Positions 12,690 to 25,063 of a stretch of 64,000 nt of DNA are shown in pieces. A model generated the notes under the pieces. The model was not told the origin of the DNA. It ran no database searches and saw nothing but the letters and a program-made list of their open reading frames with translations. The stretch comes from Camelus dromedarius (Eukaryota): NCBI RefSeq assembly GCF_036321535.1, contig NC_087437.1:67148001-67212000 (forward strand). The letters are read 5' to 3'. Each line of letters starts with the position of its first letter. The first letter of the stretch is position 1. A program made the position numbers and the translations under genes.

Positions 12690-13380
12690 TTTCCCCCTTC
12701 TTTTCTTTTTTAGTATTTTATTTCATCAAATAGAGCAAGCTTTCTCTTTCTTGCTTCTGAAAGTTAAGTTGTGTAGGAAGCTTTTCCTTCTTTCTAAGTT
12801 AAAAAGAATATACCTATTTTTCTTTTAGTTCTTGTATGGATTAATTTTTTATATCTAAATCTCTAATCAGTTTGCAGATTACCTTGGTGAATAGTGTCAG
12901 GGTAGATTTAATTTTATTTTGTTTTCCAAATGGCTATCTAGTTATCTCAGTATTAAAAAGCCATCTTTTCCCCTATGATTTGAGATGCCATTTTTTCATG
13001 AATCAAATTATCATATGCACTTGAACTTATTTCTAGACTTTCTATTCTGTCTACTCATATGTCAGTATTATACTACTTTAATTTTAAAGGATTATACTGT
13101 ACTCTAATATCTTATAGGTTAGTCTGTCTCCCTTTACTCTTCTTTTATCAGGACTTTTCTGGCTGTTTTTTCCTGTTTCTTCTTCCAAATGGACTTTTTA
13201 ATTAAATTGTCTACCTATAAAAAACAATTCTATTAGTATTTTTGTTAGGGTTGAAATAAATATAAGTTAACTCAGAATTAAGGTCTTTATGATGTTGAGT
13301 ATTCTTTTTGCAGTGTGTAGTATATTTCCATTTATTTATATCTATTTAAGTGTCTTTCATGAATATTTATAATTTTCATA
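12690..13380 (-). mobile_element. Old L1 ORF2 fragment
   Basis: Degenerate antisense L1M motifs 'ttccaaatggctatctagttatc...ttatttctagactttctattctgt'. Confidence 0.65.
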
Positions 13381-13389
13381 ATTTTCCAT

Positions 13390-15260
13390 CAGTTCAAAGA
13401 ATGTCCTTAAAAATTGCTTGTTGGGCAGGTCTGCTGATAATGAGTTATCTCAGTTTTTATTTATCTGAAAATGTCTTTGTTTTGCTTTCACTTATGAAGA
13501 ATATTTTCACTATATATAGAATTCTAGATTGATAATGTTTATTTTTCTTTCAGAATTTTTAATATATCATTTCATTAGCTTCTGGCTTGCACTGTTTGTA
13601 ATGAGACATCAGTGATTATTCTTAGCATTTTGGGGTATTTTTTATATGGATGCATTTCTTTTCATCCTTAATTTCCAGAAATTTGACTATGATAATTGTA
13701 TGTGTCATTTTCTTTGGTTTGTTTGAATTGTGGTGTGTTGAGCTTCCCCTATCTGTGGGTTGATATTTTTCATTAAGCTTGGAAAATTTTCAACTATTAT
13801 TTTTTCACATATCTCTTTTTCATCATTGTGTTTTGTTACTATTATTTTGCTGTAACATCTCTCTCCTCTCCCACTAGAAATCCAACATATTTTCATTATA
13901 CTCTTTGATATTACCCAGTATCCTCTGAAGTTCTATTCATTTTTCTACCCCCTCTACCCCATCCTCTAACCCCACTGGCTGTGCTTCTGTTTGGATAGTT
14001 TCTATTTTCCTGTCTTTACGTTCACTGATGATTTTTTCTTCAGTGTCAGGTCTGCTGTTATGTCCATCTAGAGCATTTTTTATTTCAATTCAGTTACCAG
14101 TTTTAAGTTACATAATTTCTATTTGGTTCTTTTCTGGAAGGTCTGCTTATCTCTTGAGATTGTTTATCTCTTCATTCATTATGTCTTTCTTTTCTCTTAA
14201 ATCCTTAAACATATTATACTAGTTATTTAAAGTAGTTGTTTGCTAATTGCTACATCTCTGTCATCTCTGGATCTCTTTCTATTGATTTTTTTTATGGATC
14301 ACATTTTCTTCTCATGTCTGGTAATTTTTGATTGTATACTAGACATTTTAGTTACTTTTTTTTTAAAGCTTGACTTTCATTGTCTTCTACTTTTAAAGGG
14401 TGTTGAGTTTTGTTCTGTCAGGAAGTTAATTTAATGGAGGGTCAGTGTGATGGTTTCAGGGCATATTTATAAGCTGTATTAGGTTAGGTCTATAGTAGGC
14501 TTTACTGTATGACTAGAATAAGGTAACTCATTTTTGGCTTTTCTAAGGTCTCAGTTGAATTCTTAGAGTGTGCAGTTAGGTTTCTTTGCATTGAGTGGTT
14601 GGAACACCTCTGTCGCTGTGTGCACTCTATGACCTCTGCAATCTCCACTCGATACACATATCTCATCTGCAGTAGCTGTTATCTGTTCTGCCTTATCTAC
14701 TCTCATACTGTCCATCTTTTTGTTTTTAAAGGAAGTATAGTCAGTTACAGTGTGTCAGTTTTTATTGTACAGCATAATGGCCCAGTCATGCATATGTATA
14801 ACATATATTCGTTTTCATATTCTTTTTCATTAAAGGTTATTGCAAGATATGAATATAATTCTCTGTGCTCTGCAGCATCCTGTGCCTCTTAATCTTTGTT
14901 CAGAGTGCTAAGATCCATTTGCAGAGTTCTTGTTCTTCCCCTCTGTGCAGCTTCCTTCCTTCCAGTTTAAGTCTCCACAGATTCCATCTCCTTGAGGTTC
15001 TGATCTCCAGGCTCTGTCTCTCTGGGTAATAAACCCAGTATGCTTTGCATGAACTTACCTCCCTGAACTATGGTCCAGAAATTACTTTCATACAGAAAGC
15101 CAGGGAGAGCATAGAGTTTACCTCATTTGCTTCCCTTCTTTTATATGATGCTTGTCGTCCAACATCTGAAAACATTTACTTCGTAGATTTATCCAATTTT
15201 ATGATTGATTACTGTGAGAATGTTAATTTGGTATCGGTTACTGTTGTGCTCAGAAGCAGA
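13390..15260 (-). mobile_element. Old L1 5' region / ORF1 remnant
   Basis: ORF 13705-13896 'KIIVENFPSLMKNINPQIGEAQ' resembles L1 ORF1p. Confidence 0.75.
14717..14868 (-). mobile_element. Short young L1 3' UTR nested in the old L1
   Basis: 'gaagtatagtcagttacagtgtgtcagtt...gtacagcataat'. Confidence 0.75.
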
Positions 15261-17704
15261 GGCATGATCTACATGGCTTTTTTTCCCCTTCTTGTCACTT
15301 GATGTGATGTTCAGGAGGAAACTGTAGATCAAATAAACAAAAAAACCTATCCTGCTTCCATTATCCTTCAGGATACTGAAATCATCTATGGAGTTGAATA
15401 GAAATATGTCCTTAGCTCTGTAGCACTTCTCTAAACCATTTGGCCACCACATTTTGCCTTTGGAGTTTTGTCAGTTTGTCACATTTGCCTCTGAGCTTGT
15501 CAGTGTGTTCACCCTCAACTCTTGAGGGACTCTGTCCTAGCCTGAACTCTCTCTGTATCCCTAGGAACTTTAAATCTCATGCCACAGCTGTGTCCTTGCC
15601 TAGTCTTTATGTTTGGATGTCCCATCAGCTGAGGCAGGATTCAATTCTTCAGAGAACAGGATGAGAGAACGAAGCATTCATCACTCTAGAGTCATTGTCT
15701 AGTACAAAGACAACCCAGTTCATGGGAGCATGGCCTGCAAATTCAAGCCAGCAACCCCTGGGGTTGTTGCTGCTGACAGCACAGCCTTTGCTGCAAACCT
15801 TGTAGGGATTAATAGTGACTTTGCTTCTAAAGTTTCTACCGTTTGTGGCAATGAGGCTGACACTGCCTTGGAATTATAGATTCATATGATGCAGCTGTTT
15901 AATTCCCATAGAGAACTAACATGGTTTCTCACTGTCATGCTGAGATGCTCTTTCCAAAGGCTTTTTACAAAGATTGTATTTCCATTCCCAGCCTTTCCTT
16001 CTCTTCTGCCAAGCAGTCTGGTGAAAATGTGCAACTGTTCTAGCAAAGGGGCGTAGGAATGCTGATTCCTTTTATTACTTTATCCTGGGCTGAAACTGTG
16101 CTCATACGGCATCCAGGGATAATTTTATTTTGTCTCCTTTGGCTTACAAGTGCCTTAGCTTCTCCCATTTTATTTATAGAAACCCACATATCAAAGAAGA
16201 GAATAGGGAGATTTTTATGAGATGCTCTTAGCAAGAATCTGCAGGTGTTCATGCATCTCTCCCTCATTGCAGGCATGCAGTCTCTCTTTGGAAAGGGCAC
16301 AGAGAGACCCTGCCACACCTTTCTGACAAATAACGATTATAGTCTATTAGTTCTGTTTAGTCCCTTGAGGAGGAAAAATCCTTACATGGCAGTGCCAGGA
16401 TATCTAGGCCTCATGTAGGACATTTTCTGGAGAATTATCTGATACATCATTTAATATAAATGTATTGTGATTTGATTCAGAGCCCTTTTACAAAAAATTC
16501 TCAGGCAACTTACTTCATTGACCAGGGACAGTGTTGCCTTATTTCCTCTCTTTCAGCACTCTTTGAATTAAGGAGACTTTTTAAGTCAAAGAATTAGTTA
16601 ATTAGGAGTTTGATTTGGAAACAACACACAATAAACATTAATTTCATACAGAAGCCAGAATGTCCTGTTTTGCTGACGGTGATGTTCCTTACCTCATCCA
16701 TGAGGCTGAAGTCTCAGAGCATATTTCCGAGGTGTCAGTGAGGGAGAGGTGTCGCCCAAGTCCTTCTGGAACTCCCTCTTTTCCCCCAGCTCTATTACCG
16801 GAAGCATAACTTAAGTTGCTGTTTGAACCCCCGGGTAATATGGAAACCTACTACGTACATCATGTGACCTAGAAGGGACTTATAAAGGAACTGCAGTTCC
16901 TTTTCTCTGTGTGACATTCTCTTTGATTCTTCCTATCATCTTCCGGCTGTTCCCTTCCACTCTTATACTACAGTGTTTCCTTTACTGGCCAGCGTGGTCC
17001 TCCTGGTCTGTAGCGGAGAGGCTCTTCCCAGTCAATTATTCAGCCTCTGCCTGTCCCTAGGGGGCCTTCCCATATTGCAACCACATTGCATTATTAAACA
17101 TTTTCATGATAAACAATTCAGGGCAGCATTCAAAATTAAAAACATTCATTCCCGAGGCAAACAAGAGCACTGGTTTATTGGAATGTGCTTTAAGAATAAT
17201 CTGATATTCCTCAGAAACAGGTTATCAAATGACAGTCTGAGTTACTGGGTGGTCTCAGGGCTAGAGTCTCAGGGTCTAGTGACCCTCTCTGAATTTGCCC
17301 TTGGGTCTCAGCAATATGGTTCTCTCTGAAGCTCTGAGGTTTTCTCGCAGAGCTGACTTTCTGTTGGAAAGTTTTGCCTGACTTCTCTCTCTTACCATGC
17401 CTCTTTGAGAAATAGGAGCCAGTTTGCTTCCTCCACCGTCCATTATTTCTAGGTGAACTACATTATACTGTTGTCTTAAGGTGTGCCCTTTGAATACCAA
17501 GCTCAGCATCATGTAAATGCACAGACCTTTAAAATTCTCACCACTTCCCGAAGCATTTTATTTTATGAACCCTTGAGACACTCTTTTGGGTAATCCCGAG
17601 TTCTTCCTCGTATGCTTCTTAAGTAGGTGGCATTGCCTTTAAAGAGTTACTCAAATCTGCCTTTAAAGAGACAGAGCTGCAAAAATGGTGGATGCATTGC
17701 TTCC

Positions 17705-17860
17705 TCCAAGACTTCACAGCTCATATCTCAGTTTCTCAAGTGCAAAATGACGATTATAGTTGTATTTGATATTTAAGGTTATTGTGAAAATACAGTGAAT
17801 TGATAAATGTGAAGCATTTAGAACAGTGACTGAAACATTATTCAGTAAATGTTAGGGGCT
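17705..17860 (+). mobile_element. MIR fragment
   Basis: 'ctcagtttctcaagtgcaaaatg...gcatttagaacagtg...cagtaaatgttag'. Confidence 0.7.
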
Positions 17861-18103
17861 GTCACAGTTATTTTAAAGGACTCGTTATAAATACACACTT
17901 TAGAATGTGTATCAGATTAACGTTGAGTTTAATACCATTCTATCCCTCCAGGGCCCCAGTATCACTAAGTGGATTTGTGGTTTAGGTCTCTCCAGGCAAA
18001 ACCGGAATGAACTCAAGGCTGCATCTGGGCTTTACCACCTCTCAGTGGACGATCTAGATGTTACATTCCTGCCCTGATTTGCTGAGTTTCACTCATTCTT
18101 TCA

Positions 18104-18538
18104 TATGATATTTTTCTTTCTCTTTCTGGCTTACTTCACTTAGAATGACATTCACCGGGTCCATCCATGTTGCTGCAAATGGCATTATTTTACTCTTTTT
18201 TATGGCTGAGAGTATTCCATTGTACATACATACCATAGTTTCTTTATTTAGTCATCTGTTGATGGACATTTAGATTGTTTCCATGTCCTGGCTATTGTAC
18301 ATAGTACTGCTGTAAACATTGAGGTGCATGTATCTTTTTGAATTAAGGGTCCTTCTGGATATATACCCAAGAGTGGGATTGCTGGATCATATGGTAAGTC
18401 TGTTTTTAGTTTTTTTGAGGAATCTTCATACTGATTTCCATAACAGCTGCACCAAACTACATTCCCACCAACAGTATAGGAGTATTCCCTTTTCTCCACA
18501 CCCTCTCCAGCATTTATCATTTGTGGACATTGAAAAGG
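18104..18538 (-). mobile_element. L1 ORF2 C-terminal fragment without poly(A), with TSD
   Basis: ORF 18248-18520 '[16 protein letters not shown]...TWKQSKCPSTDD'; TSD at 18089-18103 / 18539-18553. Confidence 0.9.
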
Positions 18539-18970
18539 TCACCCATTCTTTCAGTGGTCTCTGCTACCAACTGAAATAGCCTCCAGTTTTTCCTTTGCTC
18601 TTCCTTCTCTTCCTCTCTTCCCAGCCACAGGTGAGTATTTATATGACCTCAGATTAGAGAAGGATATAAATCAGAAACCCCTGTTGGTATTTGCAGCTGA
18701 GTCAGTTTCCCCAGTGCCTGTCCCCTGTAGCTGGATTGAGTGGTCTCCTGTCCCCTCTCCTCCCATCGCATCCTATTAAGTAATGATTCATTCAGATGGG
18801 ATCCTACTCCCACCATTAAAAAGTTGTCCATGCTCAAGAGCAAAAATTGATCTCAAGTTTCAGAAGGGTGTTATTGTAAATCCTTCACAAGCAGTTCATC
18901 CTCAACATGATGTAAGAAGACCGATGGTGATGACAAGGTATGTGGTTAGGGGCATTTATGATTTATCAGT

Positions 18971-19293
18971 TGCTATAGACTGAATGTTTGTGTCCCTCTA
19001 AAATTCATATCTTGAAACCTAACCCCCAAGGTGATGGTGTTTGGAGGTGGGGTCTTTGGGAGGCAATTGGGAATGGCATTAGGGCCCTTATAAAATAGAC
19101 CCCACAGAGCTCCTTTGCCCCTTGTGCCATGTAGGTTACCATGAGAAAATAGCTGTCTTTGAACCAGGAAGTGGGCCTTCACCAGACACCAGATCTTGGA
19201 CTTCCTGAAATCTAGACTGTGAGAAAAAAATTTTCTGTAGTTAATAAGCCACCCAGTCTGTGGTATTTTTGTCATAGAATAGATTAAGGTACA
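18971..19293 (+). mobile_element. MLT1A/MLT1A0 solo LTR
   Basis: Begins TGCTATAGACTGAATGTTTGTGTCCC and ends '...aagccacccagtctgtggtattt...aca'. Confidence 0.9.
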
Positions 19294-19376
19294 AGATGAC
19301 TAGAAATGTGACCTTGTACTAAGGTAGCCCTATTAACAGTTTAATCTGTTTATACTTGTAGTCCTAGAAATTATTA

Positions 19377-20704
19377 TTTTTATAGAGATATAATTGATGT
19401 GTAACATTATTTTAGTTTCAGGTGTACAACATAGTGATTTGATCTATGTGTATATTGTGAAATGCTCACCATGATAAATCTAGTTGACATCTATCACCAC
19501 ACGTAGTTACCAATTTTTTTTTTTTTTTGTGATGAGAACTTTTAAGATCCACTGTCTTAGTGACTTTCAAATATACAAAACAGTATTTTTAGCTATAATC
19601 ACCATGCTATATGTTACATCCCCAGGACTTACTTATTTTATAACTGAAGTTTGTACCTTTAGACCACTTTCCACCATTTTGCCCATCCCTAACCCCCACC
19701 TCTGGCAACTGCCAGTCTGTTTTCTGTATCTATGAGTTCAGTTTTGTCTCTGTTTATTTATTTTAGAATTCACATGTATGTGAGATTATACAGTGTTTGT
19801 CTTTCTCTGTCTGATTTATTTCACTTGGCATAATGCCCTCAAGGTCCATCCATTTTATCTCAAATGGCAGGATTTCTGTCTTTTTTATGGCTGAATGATA
19901 TTCCACTGTGAATAACGCACCACATTTTCTTTATTCATTTGTCCAACAGTGAAGACTTAGGTTGTTTCCATGTTTTGGCTTGTAAATAATGCTGCAGTGA
20001 ACATGGGGGTGTAGATTTCTTTTTGATTTGGTGTTTTCATTTCCTTCAGATAAATACCCAGGAGTGGAATTTCTAAATCATATGGTAGATTTAAAAAATT
20101 TTTTTGAGGAACCTCCATACGCTTTTCCATAGTGGCTGCACCAAATTACTTTTCCACCAGCAGTGCACAAGGATTCTCTTTTCTCCACATCCTCACCAAG
20201 ACTTGTTACTTCATGTCTTTTTAATAATAGCCATTCTAACAGATGTGAGGTGACATCTCATTGTGGTTTTGATTTGCATTTACCGAATGATTAGTGATGC
20301 TGAGCACCTTTTCATGTACCTGTTGATGATCTGTATGTCTTCCTTGGGAAAATGTCTTTTCAGATCCTCCCTCCTTTTTTTTTTTAAATTAATTGTTTGG
20401 TTTTTTTGCTACTGAGTTTTTGAGTACTTTATATATTTTGGATATTAACTCCTTATCAGATACATGTTTTGCAAATATGTTCTCCCATTGCATGGTTTGT
20501 ATTTTCATTTTGTTGATGGTTTCCTTTGCTGTGCAGAAGCTTTTTAGTTTGATGTAGTCCCACTTGTTTATGTTCGTTGTCATTGCCTTTGCTTTTGTTG
20601 TCAAATCCGAAAAAAAAAAAAAAAAAACCATTGCTGAGACTGATGTCAAGTTGCTTACTGCCTATGTCTTCTGGGAGTTTTATGGTTTCAAGTCTTATGT
20701 GCCT
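19377..20704 (-). mobile_element. Older L1 (L1MA-like) 3' UTR plus ORF2 C-terminus
   Basis: ORF 20389-20649 '[23 protein letters not shown]...[20 protein letters not shown]'. Confidence 0.9.
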
Positions 20705-20716
20705 TAGAAATTATTA

Positions 20717-21443
20717 TTTTTTTACCTTTATTTTTATTTTTTTACATTTTTTATTGAGTTATAGTCATTTTACAATGTTGTGTCAAATTCCAGCATATAG
20801 CACAATTTTTCAGTCATACATGAACATACATATATTCATTGTCACATTCTTTTTTGCTGTGAGCTACCACAAGATCTTGTATATATTTCCCTGTGCTATG
20901 CAGTATAGTCTTGTTTATCTATTCTGCATATGCCTGTCAGTATCTACAAATTTTGAACTCCCTGTCTGTCCTCCCTACCTCTCTCCCCCTTGGCAACCAC
21001 AAGTTTGTATTCTATGTCTATGAGTCTGTTTCTGTTTTGTATTTATGTTATTATTATTATTTTTTAGATTCCACATATAAGCGATCTCATATGGTATTTT
21101 TCATTCTCTTTCTGGCTTACTTCACTTAGAATGACATTCTCCAGGGACATCCATGTTGCTGCAAATGGCATTATGTTGTCAGTTTTTATGGCTGAATAGT
21201 ATTCCATTGTATTAATATACTACATCTTCTTTATCCAGTCATCTGTTGATGGACATTTAGGCTGTTTCCATGTCTTGGCTATTGTAAATAGTGCTGCTAT
21301 GAACATTGGGGTGCAGGTGTCTTTTTGAAGTACGGTTCCTGGATATATGCGCAGGAGCAGAATTACTGGGTCATATGGTAAGTCTATTCCTAGTGTTTTG
21401 AGGAATCTCCATACTGTTTTCCACAATGGCTGCAGCAAATTGC
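20717..21443 (-). mobile_element. Young lineage-specific (camelid-like) L1, 5'-truncated
   Basis: ORF 21220-21438 'DLPYDP...CTPMFIAALFTIAKTWKQPKCPSTDDWIKKM'; TSD tagaaattatta. Confidence 0.92.
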
Positions 21444-21774
21444 TAGAAATTATTAGTAGTGTCTTTCCTTTACTCTTGGAAGTGTCTTAGTTTGAGCAAT
21501 AAATTATAAGATCATTCTAATTTGAACTGTTGTCTTCTAATCTTCCAAACTGTTTTATGACAGAAATTCACAGTGCAACACAGTGCAACATAGACCTCTG
21601 CTTCTGCATTGCAGTCTGCTAATTTCTATAGGCTCCTCTGTTTTAACAGTTCTGTTACAAGGCTTCCAGGAGAGTTAGGTTGAGAATTATGTTAGAAAAC
21701 CTAACGTAAGCGTATTTGCAGTGAAAGGTATGGTGAAAATAGAACATCAGTCTCTACCACAGTAGAATACGAAA

Positions 21775-22015
21775 ATCTCTTCAAGGTGATACCTCCTCCT
21801 GAAGCCTTCCTTGATTACCCAAGACAGGTGAAGAAATCTGCATATACAAGACACATTGTGCTTATGTCTATTTTAGGATTTACCATAATATATTCAAACT
21901 GACTTTGTTCTGTGACTGTGCTCCTGGAAGGCAGGGATGATTTTGCAATTATTTGTACTTTCTTGGGTCTCACACAATGCCTGGCATTAGTGCTGAAAAA
22001 AATGTTTCTTGTTCT
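21775..22015 (+). mobile_element. L2 3' end
   Basis: 'cctcctcctgaagccttccttgatt...ctcctggaaggcaggga...cacaatgcctggca'. Confidence 0.7.
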
Positions 22016-23178
22016 GAACATTTGTCCTCTTAACTGAACTCAGGCTATTTTTATCAACCCTTCTATTGATTGAAGTTGGTTCGTACCTCCAGAGGCTGCT
22101 GCCTACCTATGTAGTAAAACAAACTAAATCTGATGTGTTATCAGTCATGCAGGCCACCTACCACCCCCCAGTCTTCCGTGTCTGTAACTTTCTCTTGCTT
22201 CCCTCTCACATGGAGGCTGGCCAACCTCTTTCCCTTCTCCCTCCTCTCACTAAGTCTGATGACTCCCCATGTGCCTGCTTACCTCATCCCCACAAATAAG
22301 ATTTTAAAACTGAGGCAACACCTACCTCAGCCAAGAATTTCTTAGTAAGATCCTGCTAGGGACTATAGCCAATCCCAGAGAGACATGGCCACAAGGCTCA
22401 CAAATAAAGCCAGTGACCCAGGTGAGGACAATGTGGCCAAAGTCATGAGTCTGGAGTCTGAGAGTGGAGCTGATCTTGACAAAAGAGATGGATCAGATAA
22501 AGAGAAACCAATTAGAACTTAGAATAATTTTCATTCTCTGCCTGTAATTCTGATAAAACATTTGAAAGTAGTGGCTCACATATGGTGTTTACGCTCTGTG
22601 GATTTGAATGACCTAAGCTATTCTTATCTTGCTTTACAATGAATAATTGAGATTGGGCTGTGTAGAATGAACAGAAATGTTTCAAAATCCAAAGTGGCTG
22701 TAACAGGATCTGCCTTTCAAGTGGGATAGGAATGACATATTTCATATCAGAGGAAAATATGTATATACATCTGCATTGCTTCCATCTACTCACAGAGGCC
22801 AGAAGGGGAGAAAGGAAAACATGAAACTTCAAGTCTCCCCTATTCCTTCTTGATATTTCTTATTCTAATCTGCATAATGCTGCAAGTTTTGAGGGGTACC
22901 AGAGATTGAGATAACCCATTGTTTTATCAAAGGACATAATTTTTTTTAAACATGTGTTAACGTGAGCGCAGAGCTAAGGCAGAGGAAACTAAATTACTCT
23001 GAGTGAGGAGTAGAGGGGAAATGAGGGTAACTGAGCTGTGAGATTTGAGGTATAAGGTATAGGCATTGCTTTTGTGCAAACCCCTCTGTTGCTTCAAATC
23101 TGTAATAAAGGCTGTTATTCTCTCCATGCTTTTGTGGAAATCAAGGAGTGACTGAGTTCTCCATCTACATTGTCTGCA

Positions 23179-23352
23179 TGGCGTATAGCAGAGCTTCTCG
23201 AACTTTAGTTACATGCAGATCACTGGGGATCTTGTTCAGCTTGAAGATTTGGATCCAGCAGGTCTGGGGTAGGGTCCAAGATTCTGGATTACTAACAAGT
23301 GTCCAGGTGTTTACCAATACCCCTAGTCTTAAGACCACATTTTAGTAGCATG
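23179..23352. mobile_element. MER5A hAT DNA transposon
   Basis: 'cagagcttctcgaacttt...gatcactggggatcttgtt...caggtctggggtaggg...gaccacattttagtagc'. Confidence 0.85.
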
Positions 23353-23644
23353 GGAAGAGGCAGGAGAGCCATAGGGAAAGTGCAGGTGAACTGTCGTATT
23401 CAGAGGATTGAGAAACTTAGAAAAATCTGGAGAACATAAACCCTAGAGATCCTCAGATATCTTAGCAGGGAGTATTAGACTGTCCATTGAACACAGGAAA
23501 AAAAGATAGAATTAGTTTTATTAAATCTCAAATGACAAGGAGAGGGCAGCTGGCACCTGAGTTACAGCTACCTGGATTACTTTTTGAGTTTTTGGGTTTT
23601 GGGGGTTTTAGGGCTGAAACGTTCCTGGTTTGCTTTTCACAATC

Positions 23645-23785
23645 TTCCTCCCTGACTTCCTGCCTCCCTCCCTCTTCCCTCCGCCTCCCTCTCTCTCTCC
23701 CCCTTCCTTCCTCTCTCTTCCTCCCTCCCTTCCTCTCTCTTCCTCCCTCCCTTCCTTTCTTTCCACTGTTCCTTCTTTTCCTTTC
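23645..23785. repeat. CT-rich low-complexity (polypyrimidine) tract
   Basis: About 140 bp of nearly pure C/T (cctccctccttcctctct...). Confidence 0.9.
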
Positions 23786-24461
23786 TTATTCTAATCAGCA
23801 TTTTGCTCACATCCAATGCATGGTCTCCACTGGAATCCTAGGAAGAAAAGTCAGGCTTGCCCTTAATGTGTCACCCCTAATTAATATCCTAGAAGGCCAC
23901 CCTTTCATTAGTATTCAGACCTGGTCTCAGCCCAGATCATTAATGGACTCTTTTCTCTTAAGATGATAATTACAAGCGACGCTGATGCTCCCTGCCAGTC
24001 TGGGGATATGGAGAGCTTTATCACTGTGGGGGGGCTCATCAGAGAGTTAAATGGCATGGCTGAAAGCTGTTCCACCAAGCAAACATCTTCTGACATTGTA
24101 AGCAAAATTTCAGCGGTCACCAAACCTGATGTCGCTGCATAACCTCCTGTGGGGTTCGTGTAATTGCTGACAGATGAGGGCGCCAGCACTGCTATCTGCT
24201 CATAGGATGTCTGTTAACACTGTTCCCTGTTCTCAGCTCCTCTGTCGAGTCACCCGCTGGTAGGTTAAATACAACAAAAGCAAGAGTTCCTCCTCTGAAG
24301 TCAGTTCTAATCTAGGACACTCCCCATCCTGACTTAGTATGAACAGATCTCATGGTGTTTCCGAACACCTCATTTTTTCTCAGTGTTTCGCTCTGTTCAC
24401 TATTCTCCAATCAGATCTTTTATAGCTCTGTGTATATGAAAGAATTCCTGCATATATTCTT

Positions 24462-25063
24462 TTTTTTCAATTGAGTTATAGTCAGTTTACAATGTTGTGT
24501 CAATTTCTGGTGTATAGCACAATTCGTCAGTCATACATGAATATACATATATTCATTTTCATATTCTTTTTCACCGTGAGCTACTACAAGATATTGAATA
24601 TATTTTCCTGTGCTATACAGTATAAACTTTTTAATCTATTTTATATGTATCTGTCAGTATCTACAAATCTCGAACTCTCAGTTTATCCCTTCCCATCCCC
24701 CTCCCCTCTGGCAACTGCAAGTCTGTATTCTGTGTCTGTGAGTCTGTTTCTGTTTTATGCATAAGTTCATTTGTCTTTTTTTTTTTTTTAGATTCTACAT
24801 ATGAGTGATATGGTATTTTTCTTTCTCTTTCTGGCGTACTTTGCTTAGAATGACATTCTCCAGGGCCATTCATGTTGCTGCATTATTTTATTATTTTTTA
24901 TGGCTGAGTAGTATTCCGTTGTATAAATATACCACAACTTCTTTATCCAGTCATCCGTCAGTGGACATTTAGGTTGTTTCCATGTCTTGGCCATTGTAAG
25001 TAGTGCTGCTGTGACCATTGGGGTGCAGGTTTCTTTTTGAATTAGGGTTTCTTCTGGATATAG
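24462..25063 (-). mobile_element. Young L1, 5'-truncated, with a 20-bp TSD
   Basis: TSD gaattcctgcatatattctt (24442-24461) / gaactcctgcatatattctt (25064-25083); ORF2 C-terminus 'TWKQPKCPLTDDWIKKLWYIYTTEYYSAIK'. Confidence 0.95.

Noticed and set aside
15749..15775. Hairpin cagcaacccctggggttgttgctg
   Set aside because: The stem is too short for a pre-miRNA and is at chance level.
23487..23966. Longest ORF (159 aa)
   Set aside because: It stays open because it crosses a CT low-complexity tract, giving a Leu/Pro/Ser/Phe-rich artefact.
3416..25063. Recurrent 'tatagtcagtttacaatgttgtgtca' motif as a novel repeat system
   Set aside because: It is the 3' UTR of dispersed lineage-specific L1 copies.
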